64,000 bases of DNA, from positions 13,020,001 through 13,084,000 of the forward strand of contig JAQFVV010000007.1 in assembly GCA_028023455.1 (NCBI GenBank), written 5' to 3'. Source of the DNA: Epiperipatus broadwayi (lineage: Eukaryota > Animalia > Onychophora). Positions 62,165 to 64,000 of the stretch are shown piece by piece. Positions within the stretch are counted from its first letter, which is position 1, and each line of letters starts with the position of its first letter. The notes below the pieces were generated by a model. It saw only the letters and a list, made by a program, of their open reading frames with translations. It did no database searches and was not told the origin of the DNA. The position numbers and the translations under genes are program-made.

Positions 62165-62199
62165 ATTAGACACTTGTTTGTTATCGGTGTGAACATAAT

Positions 62200-62365
62200 A
62201 TTACAAAAAAAAAAAAACACATTAGTTAAAAATTATTTCCGATTGAGATTCTGGCAAGATTAAGAAAGAAAAATTATATCTGTTTAAAATTACAAGAAAA
62301 AACAATAGTTAAAAATAATTTCCGATTGAGCTTTGGCAAGATTAAGAAATAAAAATTATATCTAC
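62200..62365. repeat. Tandem duplication of about 83 bp
   Basis: tagttaaaaat.atttccgattgag....ggcaagattaagaaa.aaaaattatatct at period 83. Confidence 0.85.
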
Positions 62366-63179
62366 TTATATAAAATTTAGTTTCAATTTTTTTTTTCGAT
62401 AACATATATTTATAATTCCTTTAAATATTTTTATTGAGAGTATTTTTTTTTTAAATCAAGTTTCTAATTCGAATGTAAAAAGTGTAAAATAGTTATTACT
62501 CTTTCGAGTAAAATACAGTATCACTGCATTAATTAGTTGTTTGGAAAATAAATTTAATCTCATAAAAGTTTAGAAAAAAAAAAAGTCTAATGTTTGCCAA
62601 ATCCAGAGTGTTCTACAAATAAATTTAGAAGGAAAAAAAAACATAAATCAAATTATTAAAGATATTGTTAAGATTAAAGTTATAATTAAGTTATTGTTAA
62701 AATTATAGTAAAAGTTAAAATTAAGAGTAGGTAAGAGAACTGCAAAACATCCTGAATATAGTTATGGATTAAACATATGCAAGGATAAGAAAAACAGAAT
62801 AGCTTTAACTGGCTACTTAATAGCTAGAAGACAACTATTCTACCATTATACTTTTATCTAAACTAATATGTCCGTACCAGAGAAAGTATAAGTGAATCTC
62901 TATAAAGCAAACCCACAGACATGCCACAAAATAATTAAAGGCAAATTAAAAGTGAACATTAAAATGCAGCAAATCGGTCATTTCAATTTTCATATCTGTA
63001 AATTTCTTTAAATTTTTCCGTACATTTATTTAGATAGATGAATATATAATTTCTAATGATTGTATCAAGATTTAATTTTCTATCTCAACTATGCTTACCC
63101 TCACCCTTTAAATACAATTTGCTAATAATGCTAAAATCAGTAGTTCAAGAGCTCATAGAGGAAACTTTAAAGATTTGGA

Positions 63180-63730
63180 TAACCATTTTATCAGTATACT
63201 TGTACAAAAGGTGGGAAGATTGTGTTACGACAATTGTTGAGTGTTTTAGTGACAAAGATTGGGATCAAAAAATAGATGCCTTAAAAAAAATAGGGAATTT
63301 GAACGATGGAGAACTAATAAGGAAAGTAAAAAATAGTTTAATTATATATAAAAGTAGAATATTGGGTGTAAAATTAATTTACAATAATAGCAAGAAAAGT
63401 AGTTTACTGTTTAAGGCTAGAACAACAAGGGAATATGCTCATAAATTAAAAAATATGGGTGATTTAATCTGCAAGTTATGTAATGAAGGCATACATCTAC
63501 TAATTGAAAGTAAATGCTTACAAACTGAAAGAGTTCAAATAATGAAGTTGTGGGAGAATAAATATAAACAAAGTGATTAAACAGAAAGTTGGTTCCTGGT
63601 TTTTTTGCCGGGTTAGAAAAAAGAAAAGAGGGATTTATATAAAAAAAGCCATAGAATGGACAAATATAATGTGGAAAAGGGATGGAGCAGGATAGAAAAA
63701 ATATGGGAAAAAATTAGGTTAGTGAATAGA
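63180..63730 (+). mobile_element. 5'-truncated LINE ORF2 C-terminal remnant (clade uncertain)
   Basis: SSLLFKART...DLICKLCNEG.IHLLIESKCLQTER resembles the LFKAR...CxxC..E...H.L..C..L..ER C-terminal finger of non-LTR ORF2; stops downstream. Confidence 0.6.
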
Positions 63731-64000
63731 AAGTGAATGTAAGATGGTTAATAGGTTTCTCTGAGCATAGTGGCTGAGAGATTCCGGATTTTGATAAGGA
63801 AAAAGTCATAGTGCATCACATCATAAAGAAAATGACCCCCCCCCCATATTTTCATTTTCTGATTGACCCTTTTTATTTTAAGGGCGAAAACAAATTTGGA
63901 CATGCTTTCATTATTATTTTGATCAAATTATAATAAAACAAACATTATCTGGATTTTATTTAAATATTTATAATTAATTTTACAAATTATTTTTATAATA

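Overview
AT-rich, TE-dense animal (probably invertebrate) nuclear DNA. No prokaryotic genes, rRNA, intact tRNA or CRISPR were seen. Main content: (1) the 5' part of a young L1/Tx1-clade non-LTR retrotransposon with an intact 1265-aa ORF1 and the start of its APE-bearing ORF2 (1-4235, minus); (2) a young 5.5-kb compound Penelope/Poseidon insertion (RT + GIY-YIG; tandem plus inverted copies, 23688-29168), an older palindromic relative (47746-49965) and two further decayed PLE families; (3) decayed Tx1, RTE and other LINE remnants, tRNA-derived SINEs, MITE-like foldbacks and short tandem duplications; (4) candidate minus-strand host exons of an unrecognised gene. The most striking signal is not in the ORF track: about 18 minimal type-I hammerhead-ribozyme (HHR) motifs in four unrelated families, each with a different palindromic helix III (ACGT, ACGT, ACTAGT, AGCGCT) and family-specific core variants. 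One family is a 439-bp ORF-less tandem monomer (retrozyme/circRNA-like). One PLE family carries a tRNA-derived Pol III head just upstream of its HHR. Almost every PLE/HHR insertion is a tail-out foldback, several with 8-13 bp target-site duplications. All alignments and folds were done by eye; boundaries of decayed elements are approximate.
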